Positions 51,054 through 59,598 of a stretch of 64,000 nucleotides of DNA are shown here, piece after piece (positions within the stretch are counted from its first letter, which is position 1; each line of letters starts with the position of its first letter). Source of the DNA: Candidatus Saganbacteria bacterium (GTDB lineage: Bacteria > Margulisbacteria > WOR-1 > XYC2-FULL-46-14 > XYC2-FULL-37-10); the NCBI GenBank assembly GCA_016223245.1, contig JACRPL010000003.1, forward strand, positions 74,078 to 138,077, given 5' to 3'. The position numbers were made by a program, and so were the translations under genes. Under the pieces are notes generated by a model. The model had not been told where the DNA came from. It did not search any database and saw only the letters and a program-made list of their open reading frames with translations.

Positions 51054-51740
51054 ATGAATAAAAAAACCAAACTCTGGTATCTCTCCAATATTAATTTATT
51101 CCAAGGGATGTCGCCGAAAGAAATGAAATGGGTGGAAGGAAAAACCAACATGAAACATTATGTGAAGGGAGAAAATCTTTATTCGACCGAGGGCTCGGGC
51201 GAACAAATTTATTTCCTGAAAGAGGGCTCGGTAAAGCTATCCACGCTTTCACCAGACGGCCAAGAATTTACTCGTGAGATTTTGCGGCCCGGCGACTTGT
51301 TCGGCGAGCTAATGCCGGATAACAGGTCCAAATTTCTGGATGAAAGCTACGCCCAGGCAATGGAAGAAACAATAATTTGCGCAATGTCGGAACGCAATTT
51401 TGAAGAGCTATTGAGAATGAAGCCCAATTTAACGGTTAGGTTGGTTAAGCTGATGGGGTTGAAGCTTCGTACAATCGAGGCCAAACTTACCGATCTTGTT
51501 TTTAAGAGCGTCAGAGAGAGATTGGCAGGCCTTCTTGTTAAATTGGCCGAAGAGTTCGGCCAAAAATTTGAAGGATTTTTGCGGATCGGGACAAGTGTCG
51601 CTCACCAGGAGATGGCAAATCTTATTGGTTCAAGCCGTGAAACCACGACGCTCACATTAAATGAGTTCAAAAGAGCAGGGATTATCGAAATCAAAGGTCG
51701 AGAGATCTTCATTAAAAATATATCAAGGCTTAAGTTCTAG
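51054..51740 (+). CDS. Crp/Fnr family transcriptional regulator
   Basis: 228 aa; cNMP-binding beta-roll then C-terminal HTH (RETTTLTLNEFKRAGII). Confidence 0.8.
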   Translation: MNKKTKLWYLSNINLFQGMSPKEMKWVEGKTNMKHYVKGENLYSTEGSGEQIYFLKEGSVKLSTLSPDGQEFTREILRPGDLFGELMPDNRSKFLDESYAQAMEETIICAMSERNFEELLRMKPNLTVRLVKLMGLKLRTIEAKLTDLVFKSVRERLAGLLVKLAEEFGQKFEGFLRIGTSVAHQEMANLIGSSRETTTLTLNEFKRAGIIEIKGREIFIKNISRLKF

Positions 51741-51802
51741 TTTGGATTTTTCTTGATCTTATAATGGCAGGAAAACTTTTTTATAAAAGCGGAGGCCAGT
51801 TG

Positions 51803-52501
51803 TTATCGCAGCAAATCTTTTGAAATTGATTCTCTCCAAGAATTGAAGAATTCGGACAGCTTTCCGATTTCACATTCCTTGACAAGCAAAAGCATATCGG
51901 CTGAATTAGCCGAAAATGTATTAATTCTTTCGAATGCCACCCCCAGCCAATACAAATCAAAACCCGGATCTTTTTCTTTCGACAATCCCATTAGTTTTTC
52001 TTTTGTAAAATAGCCTTCTTTCACAAGAAAATATACATCTATAAAATCACGCAAAGTCGCCCTGCCAAATAAAGCCAAAAGCTTATTTGAGGCAATGTCG
52101 ACCAAACTGTCTATTTTGATTTTTGGAAATTCATTTGATGCCTTGGAAGGCTCAAAACGAAAAGGGGAGTCCTGTGCTAGGTGGATCAGCGTGGATTTGC
52201 CGCCTTTCTTGATTGCTAATTCGACAAATGAGCCTAATCCCCGCGATCTGTCAATGAGGAAATCCCTTTCCTTTAATTCTTTTTCAAGGCTAAAGCTAAA
52301 CGGCTGGATAATATTTTCTTCCGCTGTAAAAAAATCAAGATCATTGCTTTTCCTGTGCCTAAGATAAAAGGCCGCAAGAGCCGTTCCCCCCGTCAGATAA
52401 AAAAGATGGCTATCTGGAGCAAGGCCAAAATTATCTAAAAGCTCTTTTTGTAATGGATTTAGAATTTCCAATGAAATCCTCCCAAAATATCTTAACTTCA
52501 T
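51803..52501 (-). CDS. nucleotidyltransferase (AbiEii/DUF1814-like) toxin-family protein
   Basis: 232 aa; FYLTGGTALAAFYLRHRKSNDLDFF nucleotidyltransferase motif. Confidence 0.6.
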   Translation of the reverse strand: MKLRYFGRISLEILNPLQKELLDNFGLAPDSHLFYLTGGTALAAFYLRHRKSNDLDFFTAEENIIQPFSFSLEKELKERDFLIDRSRGLGSFVELAIKKGGKSTLIHLAQDSPFRFEPSKASNEFPKIKIDSLVDIASNKLLALFGRATLRDFIDVYFLVKEGYFTKEKLMGLSKEKDPGFDLYWLGVAFERINTFSANSADMLLLVKECEIGKLSEFFNSWRESISKDLLR

Positions 52502-52703
52502 TCGGTAAAAATCGCTTCAACCTTAAAAATGATTCCCGAAACTTCGAAGGATTTATTAATTTGAGCAATTCCTTTACATCATTTGTTTTGCCGCAGCTTA
52601 GCACTTGTTGGATATACATATCTAATATGGCTGGATCGTTCAAGTCTAAATTCGCATTATCTTTTAAATACCAGAATAATCTTTTATTTGGCTTTATGCC
52701 CAT
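52431..52703 (-). CDS. hypothetical small protein upstream of/overlapping the NTase gene (possible cognate antitoxin)
   Basis: 90 aa; position only. Confidence 0.3.
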   Translation of the reverse strand: MGIKPNKRLFWYLKDNANLDLNDPAILDMYIQQVLSCGKTNDVKELLKLINPSKFRESFLRLKRFLPNEVKIFWEDFIGNSKSITKRAFR

Positions 52704-52729
52704 ATCCAGTTATTATAGCATGAAGCGGT

Positions 52730-53620
52730 TTAGGGCTTAAGTTCTAGTTTGAATTTCTTCTCGATTTTGAATGGGTGATAAGACAGCTTTGCCTTCCTAA
52801 GCCCCGGGATTCCCAGATCTTGTTCAAGATTTACGAATTTGTAGCCATTAAATGTCTTTCGGCAAGCTTCGTTCAGGATTGCCTGCGCGACTCCTTGGAA
52901 GGTCGGGTCTACATATTGAAAATGGGCTGAAATCGTTTCTTTGTTCAATTCCGACCCTATTATAAAGCCTAAAAGTTCGTTTTCTGAAAATATCGCCCCG
53001 CCCAATAGATTTAGCTCATTGAAATAAAGGAAAGCTTTTTCCAAAGCATTTCTTTGGGCGGAGTGCGCTAGACGCGGGAAATATCTAGATTCTTCCCGGG
53101 CTTTGAACCATTTTTCGAATAGTTCCAAAGCCTTGTCTTTGATCCCGAGAGAGATCTGTTCGTATCGATAATTCGGAAAATGCTTCTTGAATTTGTTTAT
53201 ATGGTTCCTTTTGCCGTCGTATTTCTTGCCGGCAAGTGCTGCTAGCTCGTCGATTTTATAGATATAGTCGAATTGGCTTCTTTGGCAGGTCGTCTTATAC
53301 GGATCGACAGGTATTAACGAGATAAAATCTTCGGAAACCCTCGAAAGATATTTTGTGTATTGAAGGCATGTTTCGATCGTCTCGATCGGTTTGTTGCGGC
53401 CAATAGGCTCCAAGAAATAGGGTGTTTCGTTTAGCGGATTAATTAAAACGCAGATATTGTCGTTTAATAATGTGAGCTGTGGGCGATCAAAATCCATCCA
53501 GATATACAGATTTGCCAAGGCCAGTTCGCAAATGTTTGGGCTCATGGCTTTTAGCTTATCAGTTAGGATCGTTCTATCTGAAAGTTCGAGCTGCTTGAAT
53601 TCCGGGAATTTTGGGATCAT
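52730..53620 (-). CDS. DUF2156-domain protein (MprF C-terminal-like, GNAT-fold)
   Basis: Start chosen at MIPKFPEF; ...YDGKRNHINKFKK... region typical of DUF2156. Confidence 0.5.
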   Translation of the reverse strand: MIPKFPEFKQLELSDRTILTDKLKAMSPNICELALANLYIWMDFDRPQLTLLNDNICVLINPLNETPYFLEPIGRNKPIETIETCLQYTKYLSRVSEDFISLIPVDPYKTTCQRSQFDYIYKIDELAALAGKKYDGKRNHINKFKKHFPNYRYEQISLGIKDKALELFEKWFKAREESRYFPRLAHSAQRNALEKAFLYFNELNLLGGAIFSENELLGFIIGSELNKETISAHFQYVDPTFQGVAQAILNEACRKTFNGYKFVNLEQDLGIPGLRKAKLSYHPFKIEKKFKLELKP

Positions 53621-54027
53621 CCGGGAGCCCTTACCATGCAGGCGCATTTACCGGGGAAACATTCATTACACTCAAGAAGGTTTTTTTTGGGAAGGGAGGG
53701 GATGGGGGGTGTTTCAATAAATCCGAATTTCTTGAAGAAGTCAGGTATTACCGTATAAAGATAGATCGGGAGCTGTGCATTTTTAAATAATTCATTTAAA
53801 AGTTCCGTTGCAATGCCTTGGCCCTGAAAACCGGTTGCTGCGCCGACCGAGCTTAAAAATAAAATATCGCCATATTTTGTAAGTTTCGCAACGCCTGCAA
53901 CTGCGCCATCCTTTTCCGCGATATGAAAATCATTATACTCCTGTGCAAAAAAGTAAATATCAAGTTCTTTTAATATTTTATCAATAGTTTCTTTGTCGTT
54001 TGGGGTTGCTTTTCGGACCTTGGCCAT
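53617..54027 (-). CDS. GNAT family N-acetyltransferase
   Basis: Start at MAKVRKATPNDKE; acetyl-CoA binding motif (GFQGQGIATELL). Confidence 0.6.
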   Translation of the reverse strand: MAKVRKATPNDKETIDKILKELDIYFFAQEYNDFHIAEKDGAVAGVAKLTKYGDILFLSSVGAATGFQGQGIATELLNELFKNAQLPIYLYTVIPDFFKKFGFIETPPIPSLPKKNLLECNECFPGKCACMVRAPG

Positions 54028-54093
54028 AAGAAACATATTTTACCAGATTAAAAATCCGATAGCTATCAAGGCCTTTCATGCTATAATCGGGTC

Positions 54094-54840
54094 GTGGATA
54101 TTTGGGTTTATTCGTTTGCCAGCGTAATTATTGTAAGCTTGATCTCGCTTATCGGGATTTTTTCCCTCCTGCTTAGAAAAAATCTTCTTGAAAAAATACT
54201 GCTTTTCTTAGTAAGTTTTGCCGTCGGGGGATTGTTTGGCGATGCCTTTATTCATCTTCTGCCTGAAGCCTACAAAGGCCTTGGCATCAATCTTTTTGCA
54301 TCCTCCCTTGTGCTCTTCGGGATAATTTTCTTTTTTGTTCTTGAAAAATTTATCAGGTGGAGACACTGCCATGTGCCTACTTCGGAGAATCATCCTCATC
54401 CGGTTGTCTATATGAATTTGATAGGGGACGGGGCGCATAATTTGATCGATGGTATGCTTATCGGCGCCAGTTATCTTGTAAGTATACCTATAGGTATCAG
54501 CACAACAATAGCGGTCGTCCTCCATGAAATTCCACAAGAGATAGGGGATTTTGGGGTTTTGGTCAATGGCGGGCTAACAGTCAGAAAAGCGTTGTTCTTT
54601 AATTTCCTCACCGCTCTAGCCGCTGTTGTTGGGGTTATGATTTCTTTAATTGTAGGGCCATTTATAAAAGATTATGCATCGTTTATGCTTCCTATAACTG
54701 CTGGAGGCTTCCTTTATATAGCAGGTTCCGATCTGATACCCGAACTTCACCATGAGAATGAACTTCGCGATTCGTTCTGGCAATTATTTTCCATATTGCT
54801 CGGTGTCGCTATAATGGGGCTACTGCTTCTTATCAATTAG
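54094..54840 (+). CDS. zupT: ZIP family zinc transporter
   Basis: 248 aa; HEIPQEIGDFGVL signature of ZIP/ZupT. Confidence 0.8.
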   Translation: MDIWVYSFASVIIVSLISLIGIFSLLLRKNLLEKILLFLVSFAVGGLFGDAFIHLLPEAYKGLGINLFASSLVLFGIIFFFVLEKFIRWRHCHVPTSENHPHPVVYMNLIGDGAHNLIDGMLIGASYLVSIPIGISTTIAVVLHEIPQEIGDFGVLVNGGLTVRKALFFNFLTALAAVVGVMISLIVGPFIKDYASFMLPITAGGFLYIAGSDLIPELHHENELRDSFWQLFSILLGVAIMGLLLLIN

Positions 54841-54904
54841 TATCGCAAAATATTTCGTTTTACCCCTTGACTGGTATCTATAATAGGTATAATATCTACA
54901 TATT

Positions 54905-55228
54905 ATGAATTTGATAGTGGAAAAGCTCGCAAAACCAAAAGAGAGAGAATTAAAAACCCTCGTGTTATTTGTTGAGACTTTCTGCTCTCAAAAGCATGCT
55001 GAAAGAGCGCAAAATAGCCAAAAGCTGTGCGATGAGTGCGATAAACTTTTGAAGTATGGAAGAGCGAAACTTATACTATGCAAATATGACCCAAAGCCTA
55101 AATGCCGGGAGTGCAAGACCCATTGTTATGCCCCAAGCTATCGCGAAAAAATAAAAGAAGTCATGAAGTTTTCGGGGATGTTCCTTGTAAAAAGGGGGAG
55201 GCTGGATCTTTTGCTTCATTTTATATGA
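54905..55228 (+). CDS. Cys-rich small protein, nitrous-oxide-stimulated-promoter (YgbA-like) family
   Basis: 107 aa with CxxC...C...HCY pattern; tentative. Confidence 0.4.
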   Translation: MNLIVEKLAKPKERELKTLVLFVETFCSQKHAERAQNSQKLCDECDKLLKYGRAKLILCKYDPKPKCRECKTHCYAPSYREKIKEVMKFSGMFLVKRGRLDLLLHFI

Positions 55229-56010
55229 ATAAATATCTTAATACCGGCATTAAAGAAATAATCACTGAATATCCAAAGATCGGGACGATCCTTGAAGAAT
55301 ACAATATCGGATGCGGTCCGTGCACATTGGGGACTTGCCTCTTAAAAGATGTGGTCGGGATACACGGCCTTTCGCCTGACCAGGAACTCGAGCTAATGTA
55401 TCGCATCGAAAAAGAGATCTATCCCGATCGAAATATTAAAAAACCAAATCTTGATAGTTCAATAAAAAAACAGAAGCCAAAAGAGTTCACATATTCACCT
55501 CCGATACAAAGATTGGTCGATGAGCATGTATTGATCAAGAAATGGCTGGCATTAATGCCTAAAGTTTTAGAAAAAGCAGATCTTTCATCGGAGGATTTTC
55601 GTTTAATCATCGCCGATGGGGTTGCTTTTATTCGAAATTATGCCGATAAGTTCCATCATGCAAAAGAAGAGGATGTTCTGTTCGACTATACCGATAAAAA
55701 CGCGGAGATCGTAAAGATCATTTTCAAGGATCACGATACAGCTCGCGGTTATGTTAAAGCGGCTATTAATGCGCTGGAAAATAATAATAAGGACGCCCTG
55801 ATCCAAAATCTTTTATCTTATAAAGAGCTATTGACCGAGCATATAAGGAAAGAAGATGAAGTTCTCTACCCGTTTATCGATAGGGGGCTTTCAATGAATC
55901 AAATAGGCGAGATGTTTACAAGATTTAATGATGCAGAAGAAAAGATCGATAAGGAGGTTGTCAATAATTGTATAAAGTTTGTTAATGAAGCCGAGCGAAG
56001 GATCGAATAA
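55225..56010 (+). CDS. iron-sulfur cluster repair di-iron protein (RIC/YtfE/ScdA family: ScdA_N + hemerythrin-like)
   Basis: Start at MNKYLNTG (ATGA overlap with previous ORF); N-terminal DUF1858-like (GCGPCTLG) then H/E-rich hemerythrin-type helices. Confidence 0.65.
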   Translation: MNKYLNTGIKEIITEYPKIGTILEEYNIGCGPCTLGTCLLKDVVGIHGLSPDQELELMYRIEKEIYPDRNIKKPNLDSSIKKQKPKEFTYSPPIQRLVDEHVLIKKWLALMPKVLEKADLSSEDFRLIIADGVAFIRNYADKFHHAKEEDVLFDYTDKNAEIVKIIFKDHDTARGYVKAAINALENNNKDALIQNLLSYKELLTEHIRKEDEVLYPFIDRGLSMNQIGEMFTRFNDAEEKIDKEVVNNCIKFVNEAERRIE

Positions 56011-56047
56011 AGTCTCTCGACTGAGCTCGAGACAAGGAGGAAATATC

Positions 56048-56509
56048 ATGAGCGGATGTCCAGGTTCAATGGTACAGGATTTTACGGGTAGGGGAGAAAG
56101 CGCATCGGATGAGTCGGGTAAAAGGCAGTCTCAATTAAGGCAATGGCCGATACAATTGCATTTAGTTACGCCGCAAGCGCCATATTTTAATAAGGCTGAC
56201 GTCTTGATCGCGGCCGATTGCGTGGCATTTTCCGTGGGTGATTTTCACAAAGATTTCCTAAAAGGAAAAAGTCTGGCTATCGCTTGCCCAAAACTTGATG
56301 AAGGACAAGAATCATATGTCGAAAAGATTACCCAATTAATTGATGAAGCGAATGTTAATACTCTAACAGTTATGATCATGCAGGTCCCATGCTGTATGGG
56401 GCTCGTTAGTTTAGTAAAAGAGGGCGCGGCTGCCGTCAAGAGAAAAGTCCCCATTAAATATATGGTAGCGAGCCTTCAAGGCGATATTATAAAAGAAGAG
56501 TGGTTGTGA
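56048..56509 (+). CDS. hypothetical Cys-containing protein (putative redox/Fe-S)
   Basis: Start at MSGCPGS after AGGAGG; 153 aa. Confidence 0.4.
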   Translation: MSGCPGSMVQDFTGRGESASDESGKRQSQLRQWPIQLHLVTPQAPYFNKADVLIAADCVAFSVGDFHKDFLKGKSLAIACPKLDEGQESYVEKITQLIDEANVNTLTVMIMQVPCCMGLVSLVKEGAAAVKRKVPIKYMVASLQGDIIKEEWL

Positions 56510-56552
56510 TATAATAATAACAATTACAAGATTGAGGTAGGGAGGTGTTTTC

Positions 56553-56744
56553 TTGTCAATTTCAAATGTTAAAGTGAATGATGGCTGCATTCTTTGCGGT
56601 GTTTGCGAGTCGGTTTGTCCGGAAATTTTTAAAATGGGGGATTCTACGACCGAGGTAATAGCAGGCGATTTTAATAAATTGGAAATTCAAATACGTGAAG
56701 CGGCGCAAAGCTGTCCTGTTTCCGTCATAGAAGTTACGGATTAA
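56553..56744 (+). CDS. ferredoxin (single [4Fe-4S]/[3Fe-4S] cluster type)
   Basis: 63 aa; CILCGVCESVCP ... CP motif. Confidence 0.7.
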   Translation: MSISNVKVNDGCILCGVCESVCPEIFKMGDSTTEVIAGDFNKLEIQIREAAQSCPVSVIEVTD

Positions 56745-56754
56745 TTGTTATAAT

Positions 56755-57337
56755 GAAAATACTGCTTATAGCCATTGTTTTTTTCCTAATGGCCGTTCAA
56801 GTTTTTGCGGGGCCTAATCCGCTTCCCTCAAAGTCGCGCGTCATCCCGACACGTGTGGACGATGCCATATGGGAACTGCGAAAGACCTAAAAAATACCCA
56901 CGATGTTGGTGCGCGTATAAGTTGGACTCTTAGGCCGGTTATTTCGATAAAAGTTGAAAGCTCCGAAGCCAAGCGATCGCAGATGCAGCTTATATGTTCA
57001 AATTGCCATGGATCCCAGTGGATCGAGGGTTTTTATACCCAATACGACAACGGCCTTTGATGATCCGATAGAATGGACCTATTATGAGATGTGGCATCAT
57101 GAGGGTAGGCGCGCCAGGATGGGGGCTTCCATGATGGGCCCGGATTATACGCAATGGCATGGCATGTACGAAGTCGCGAAACATTTTTATACAAAATTTA
57201 TTCCGGAAGCCGAGCGCCTTTTGCCGGGAGTCTCAAAAAATACCATGAATAGTGATCATCATAAATGGACCAAGGGGCTATCAAAACAAGAAATGGAAAA
57301 GCAGATCGAATACTACAAAGAAAGATATAAGCAATAA
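56755..57337 (+). pseudogene. decayed multihaem cytochrome c gene (signal peptide, CxxCH-containing middle and C-terminal pieces in three different frames)
   Basis: 56755-56889 MKILLIAIVFFLMAVQVFA signal peptide; 56869-57060 contains CSNCH haem motif; 56954-57337 continues in a third frame; total far shorter than NrfA/Hao-type proteins. Confidence 0.4.
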
Positions 57338-57407
57338 AGGATGGCCTCTAACCGAAAAATATAGCCTAAATATCTCTGTTGACAAGGTTGTCTTTTTATG
57401 TAATAAT

Positions 57408-57426
57408 GATAATGATTATCATTATC
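57408..57426. promoter_or_regulatory. Fur box upstream of fur (autoregulation)
   Basis: GATAATGATTATCATTATC, 18/19 match to the GATAATGATAATCATTATC consensus and a perfect palindrome; overlaps the -10 of a TTGACA-N17 promoter. Confidence 0.75.
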
Positions 57427-57470
57427 AATTGGTAGTTAAAAGAGTTTGAGCGTAATTTGGAGTTAAAACT

Positions 57471-57896
57471 ATGAAAGAAGAAGCGCTGTTTTTAGAATAT
57501 TTAAAAGAACATGGTTTTAAAAAGACCAAGCAGAGAAAACTTATCCTGGAAAAATTTCTTGAGATGAAAGGGCATGTTTGTGCCGACGAATTGTATCGAG
57601 CGGCGAAAAAAATAATGCCCGGGGTGGGACAGAGCACTGTTTTTAGGGCTGTCAAACTTTTGAAGCAAGCTCAAATCGCATCAGAGGTTAATTTTACCGG
57701 GTTGCGGCGAAGATTTGAGCCTGGAGTCACAAAACACCATCACGATCATTTGATCTGTGAAGAGTGCGGCAAGGCGCTGGAAGTCTACGACGATAGGATA
57801 GAGAAACTTCAAGACCTTTTGGCCAAGCGCCACTCTTTTGCGCCATCTAGGCATAGAATGGAAATATTTGGGCTGTGTAAGGATTGTAAAAAATAA
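57471..57896 (+). CDS. fur: Fur family transcriptional regulator
   Basis: 141 aa; HHDHLICEECG and C-terminal CxxC metal sites. Confidence 0.8.
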   Translation: MKEEALFLEYLKEHGFKKTKQRKLILEKFLEMKGHVCADELYRAAKKIMPGVGQSTVFRAVKLLKQAQIASEVNFTGLRRRFEPGVTKHHHDHLICEECGKALEVYDDRIEKLQDLLAKRHSFAPSRHRMEIFGLCKDCKK

Positions 57897-57924
57897 GGCA
57901 GGTTTATTTTTTTATTTTGTAAAT

Positions 57925-57943
57925 GATAATGATTATCATTATC
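57925..57943. promoter_or_regulatory. Fur box upstream of the OMP-feoB operon
   Basis: Identical 19-mer GATAATGATTATCATTATC (the surrounding 25-mer taatgataatgattatcattatcaa is duplicated). Confidence 0.75.
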
Positions 57944-58073
57944 AAAACCAAGAACAAGTAGGCGATATTGATAATCGAGAAAAAAAAGAAGAGGGGGTGT
58001 TGATTAGGATGATCGATCGTTTGTAGTTGCTTTTGCTGTGAAATTTATATTGATAAATTTAGGAGGATAAGAA

Positions 58074-58808
58074 ATGTTTAATATTAAATTTGGTTTTTTA
58101 AGGATAAGTTCGCTTGTTTTTGTTTGTTTATTCGGTTTTGGTTTATTGTCGCAGGTTGCGGCCGACCAAAGGAACTATGTCTGGACGTACGAATATCAGA
58201 CCATGCCGCAGGGAGAGGCGGAGATCGAGTATTATATGACGCAGGAGAACCCGTCTTCGACCGATTATTCGAAAAGCACCTGGAAGCCGCTTGTTGAGCT
58301 TGAATACGGCTTGACCGACCATTGGGACGTAAGCTTGTACCATCAATTCAAGCAAACAAATACTGCCGCGGCATCGACTCTTTCGTATGACGGCTTTAAG
58401 GCCAGGACGAGGTATCGTATAGGTGAAAAGAACCAATTGCCCTTTGATACTCTTCTATATTTAGAATATATCGGAAAGAATGCGCTAAACCAGACCCCGC
58501 AGGGCGAAATGAAATTGATCTTGGCGAAGGATATTTCAAATATTAATTTTTCGTACAACCAGATCTATAAATGGAATTTGCAGGGAGGAGCGTTCGAGCA
58601 CGAATATTCGGCAGGGGTCAGCGTCCAGGCGCCACGCTTGTCGCTTGGTTTTGAAGCAAAAGGGAATTATACGGCGGGAAAACACGCTTTTGGCCCGACC
58701 ATTTCAATGACTGCGAACAAATTCTGGACATCGCTTGGAACAGTAATTGGCCTTAACAGCAATACAGACGCATCGCAAACCAGGATACTAATAGGCATCT
58801 GGTTGTAG
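58074..58808 (+). CDS. secreted/outer-membrane beta-barrel-like protein (Fur-regulated)
   Basis: 244 aa; signal peptide; alternating amphipathic beta pattern. Confidence 0.45.
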   Translation: MFNIKFGFLRISSLVFVCLFGFGLLSQVAADQRNYVWTYEYQTMPQGEAEIEYYMTQENPSSTDYSKSTWKPLVELEYGLTDHWDVSLYHQFKQTNTAAASTLSYDGFKARTRYRIGEKNQLPFDTLLYLEYIGKNALNQTPQGEMKLILAKDISNINFSYNQIYKWNLQGGAFEHEYSAGVSVQAPRLSLGFEAKGNYTAGKHAFGPTISMTANKFWTSLGTVIGLNSNTDASQTRILIGIWL

Positions 58809-58824
58809 ATAAGGAGATTTTTTT

Positions 58825-59574
58825 GTGAAGAAAATTGTCTTGATGGGATTAATATTGATTTTGGGAATAGGCAGCAGATCTCTTGCTTACCGGCCCTTTG
58901 GCACAGAAGACGCGGGAGTTGCGGGGAAAAGAGTTATTCAAGCGGAATTAAGTTATGATTATTTAAAATGGAAAGACGGCAGCCTTGAAGGATCTTTTAT
59001 GCTCACTCCGATCTATGGCATAACCGAAAATTTGGAAATATCTTGCGAGATACCTTATTTTCAGCATAATTTGCAGTTAGCAGCGGCCAAGACTGGAATT
59101 GGGGATATTAATTTGGTCGCAAAGTATTTGTTTGTGCAGGATGAGAGTTCGAGCCTTGCCCTTGCCGTAAAAAGTGTCGTAAAACTGGATAATGGCGATT
59201 TTAATGCCGGCCACGGCAGCGGCGGCAAAGATTATAGCTTGTTTGCCGTTTGTTCAAAAACTTTGGGGAGGGCAACTATCCATTCCCATTTGGGATATTC
59301 GATTATCGGGCGCGCAATGAATCCAAATTTACGGAATATTTCTCTTTTTGGTTTGGCCCTTGATTATTCGTTAACCGATCCTTTGCATTTGGCTTTAGAA
59401 ATAAATGGGAATAGGCATCCGGACAGCACACAGCCGGCCGATCCAAGAAATTGTCTTTTCGGGATAACCTACAAGGCTTCAGAAAAGGTGATCTATGATT
59501 CTGCGCTAAAGATCGGCCTCTCGGATTCAAGCCCTGTTTGGGATTATACACTTGGAGCTTCGATCACTTTGTGA
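58825..59574 (+). CDS. outer-membrane transporter-family beta-barrel protein (MetA-pathway/PF13557-like)
   Basis: 249 aa, GTG start, signal peptide, YRPFGTEDAGV motif near the N-terminus typical of this family. Confidence 0.5.
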   Translation: MKKIVLMGLILILGIGSRSLAYRPFGTEDAGVAGKRVIQAELSYDYLKWKDGSLEGSFMLTPIYGITENLEISCEIPYFQHNLQLAAAKTGIGDINLVAKYLFVQDESSSLALAVKSVVKLDNGDFNAGHGSGGKDYSLFAVCSKTLGRATIHSHLGYSIIGRAMNPNLRNISLFGLALDYSLTDPLHLALEINGNRHPDSTQPADPRNCLFGITYKASEKVIYDSALKIGLSDSSPVWDYTLGASITL

Positions 59575-59598
59575 GGTATAATATAAAAGGAAAAAATC

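Noticed and set aside
55102-55224. Longer start (MPGVQDPLL...) for the RIC-like gene from the ORF track
   Set aside because: That start would overlap the preceding Cys-rich gene by 127 nt in another frame. The internal ATG at 55225 with ATGA overlap gives a standard coupled arrangement and begins exactly at the ScdA_N-like domain.
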